The notes beneath the pieces were generated by a model that made no database searches, was not told where the DNA came from, and saw nothing but the letters and a program-made list of their open reading frames with translations. The position numbers and the translations under genes are program-made. This document shows positions 62,721 through 64,000 of a DNA stretch of 64,000 nt, piece by piece (the stretch's first letter is position 1; every line of letters begins with the position of its first letter). The stretch comes from Psammoneis japonica. Its lineage: Eukaryota. Location: positions 1 through 64,000 of the forward strand of contig QPGO01000021.1 in assembly GCA_008632985.1 (NCBI GenBank). The letters are read 5' to 3'.

Positions 62721-64000
62721 CTACGGACGAGCTTTCTTTGCCAACCGCGCAGAACGCCTGTAACCTACTGAAGGGGCGTCCTTTGTGGACGGAGCATTGG
62801 AGCGGTTCCTTTGACCTCTGGTTGACGCGGCAGGCTTTATTGACTCGCCATCACTTCCGCGTTTCGCTTTACCTGAAAACCCGGCCTTTCGTTTCTTGGG
62901 TGACAATTCCTCTTCAGATTCTAGCGCACTACTCCTGAGTTTTGACGTTCGTTTTGTATCCTTTGGCGTTGGCTGCTTCGTGCTGACCTCGTCCTCTTTG
63001 ATTCTCGATCGTTTTGTAGCCCTCTGTTTTTTCCTTGGCTCGTTTTCCTCCTCTGAATCTGATGCATGCTCCGCACGATGTCGCGCTATGCTCGGTGTTC
63101 GCCTCGAAGTCGTTGATCTAGTGGATGTCGCCTTACGCTTCTTCGGGGAAGATGATTCTTTTTCGTCGGATGTTTGTTTCTTTTGCCGATGTCTTGGGAG
63201 CGGTGGCCTCGATGATTTGTCTTTGTTGTTTCGGTCATCTTCGTCAACTTCTCCTTTGTTTGATTGCTTCGCTGCAGGAGCCAGACGCCTGTTCAATCTT
63301 CGTGTAGGAATGCCTGACTCCTCATCCCCATCAACATCTTCGACAGCATCCAGCTTCCCCATCTTACCTAGATTCTTCGCGGTGGAACCCTGGGAAGCTT
63401 GCGACATGCGCGCACGTATACGAGCTGAACTACGGGTTTTCACTGACGATCCTGGATACACCGGTTTAGCTTTGCGGCCACTGGACCCGGTAGCGGAGGG
63501 TTCATTATTTTCTCTTGACGATTCTTCTTCGACTCTAGACAGATTACGTTCATCTTCCTCTCGTGGAGTTGATGTTCTCCTCGTCCTTCTCGTCGAGCCA
63601 ACACTCGATGCCACAGATGGAGCAATGGACGACAAGGCGGGAGACGCCCCAGTCGTTGATGGAATTTCGATAGACTTAACCTGTGGTGAAAACTTGTGGC
63701 GCTCGTCGCCACGATCTAGAGATGGAGTGCCTCGAGAAGGCTCATCAATAGAAGCTCTGTTGTCGTGTGACCGAGTGTGCATGGCAGGTGAATCGAGTAC
63801 ATTAGAATCATCAATGGATCGCGTGTGAGCGCTACGATCTTCTGATTGAGTGCCTTGAGAAGGCTTATCAATAGCACCTTTGTTGTCGTGAGACCGAGTG
63901 CGCATGGCAGGTGAATCTAATACATGAGGGTCATCATGGGATCGTGTGTGAACGCCACGATCTTGAGATTGAGTGCCTCGAGCAGGCTCAACAACAGCAG
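62721..64000 (-). CDS. 3' part of a low-complexity basic/Ser-rich protein with 40-aa tandem repeats (5' end outside the window)
   Basis: The frame stays open to the window edge. Repeated unit ..HTRSxDDxxVLDSPAMxTRSHDN.., NLS-like SPKKRKA twice, and RRSARL near the C-terminus. Confidence 0.65.
   Translation of the reverse strand, partial: AVVEPARGTQSQDRGVHTRSHDDPHVLDSPAMRTRSHDNKGAIDKPSQGTQSEDRSAHTRSIDDSNVLDSPAMHTRSHDNRASIDEPSRGTPSLDRGDERHKFSPQVKSIEIPSTTGASPALSSIAPSVASSVGSTRRTRRTSTPREEDERNLSRVEEESSRENNEPSATGSSGRKAKPVYPGSSVKTRSSARIRARMSQASQGSTAKNLGKMGKLDAVEDVDGDEESGIPTRRLNRRLAPAAKQSNKGEVDEDDRNNKDKSSRPPLPRHRQKKQTSDEKESSSPKKRKATSTRSTTSRRTPSIARHRAEHASDSEEENEPRKKQRATKRSRIKEDEVSTKQPTPKDTKRTSKLRSSALESEEELSPKKRKAGFSGKAKRGSDGESIKPAASTRGQRNRSNAPSTKDAPSVGYRRSARLAKKARP

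Noticed and set aside
62896..63828. 310-aa plus-strand ORF
   Set aside because: Antisense shadow of the low-complexity minus-strand ORF.

Overview
Eukaryotic nuclear DNA with short GT-AG introns and a gene set typical of a diatom or other stramenopile (species not determinable). Ordinary genes include thioredoxin, a DCN1-like protein, a HECT E3 ligase, mitochondrial Hsp70, a Patched/NPC1-like protein, a kinesin-7-like motor, an LRR-GT49 fusion, three paralogs of a diatom-type unknown family and an FG-GAP membrane protein. They alternate with sharply bounded blocks, roughly 45% of the window, in which the TpA dinucleotide is almost erased and TpG/CpA is enriched. Internal duplicates (split direct repeats of a tyrosine-recombinase retrotransposon, tandem duplications, a thioredoxin fragment, pseudogenes) show TA->CA and TA->TG transitions. 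These turn Tyr into His/Cys, including the recombinase catalytic Tyr, and erase TAA/TAG stops. The least decayed repeats have lost TpA while keeping CpG; more decayed ones have lost both. The best candidate for an undescribed system is therefore a repeat-targeted A:T->G:C hypermutation at TpA (a 'reverse-RIP'-like genome defence), separate from 5mC-CpG decay. Counts are manual and approximate, and a base-calling artefact must be excluded.
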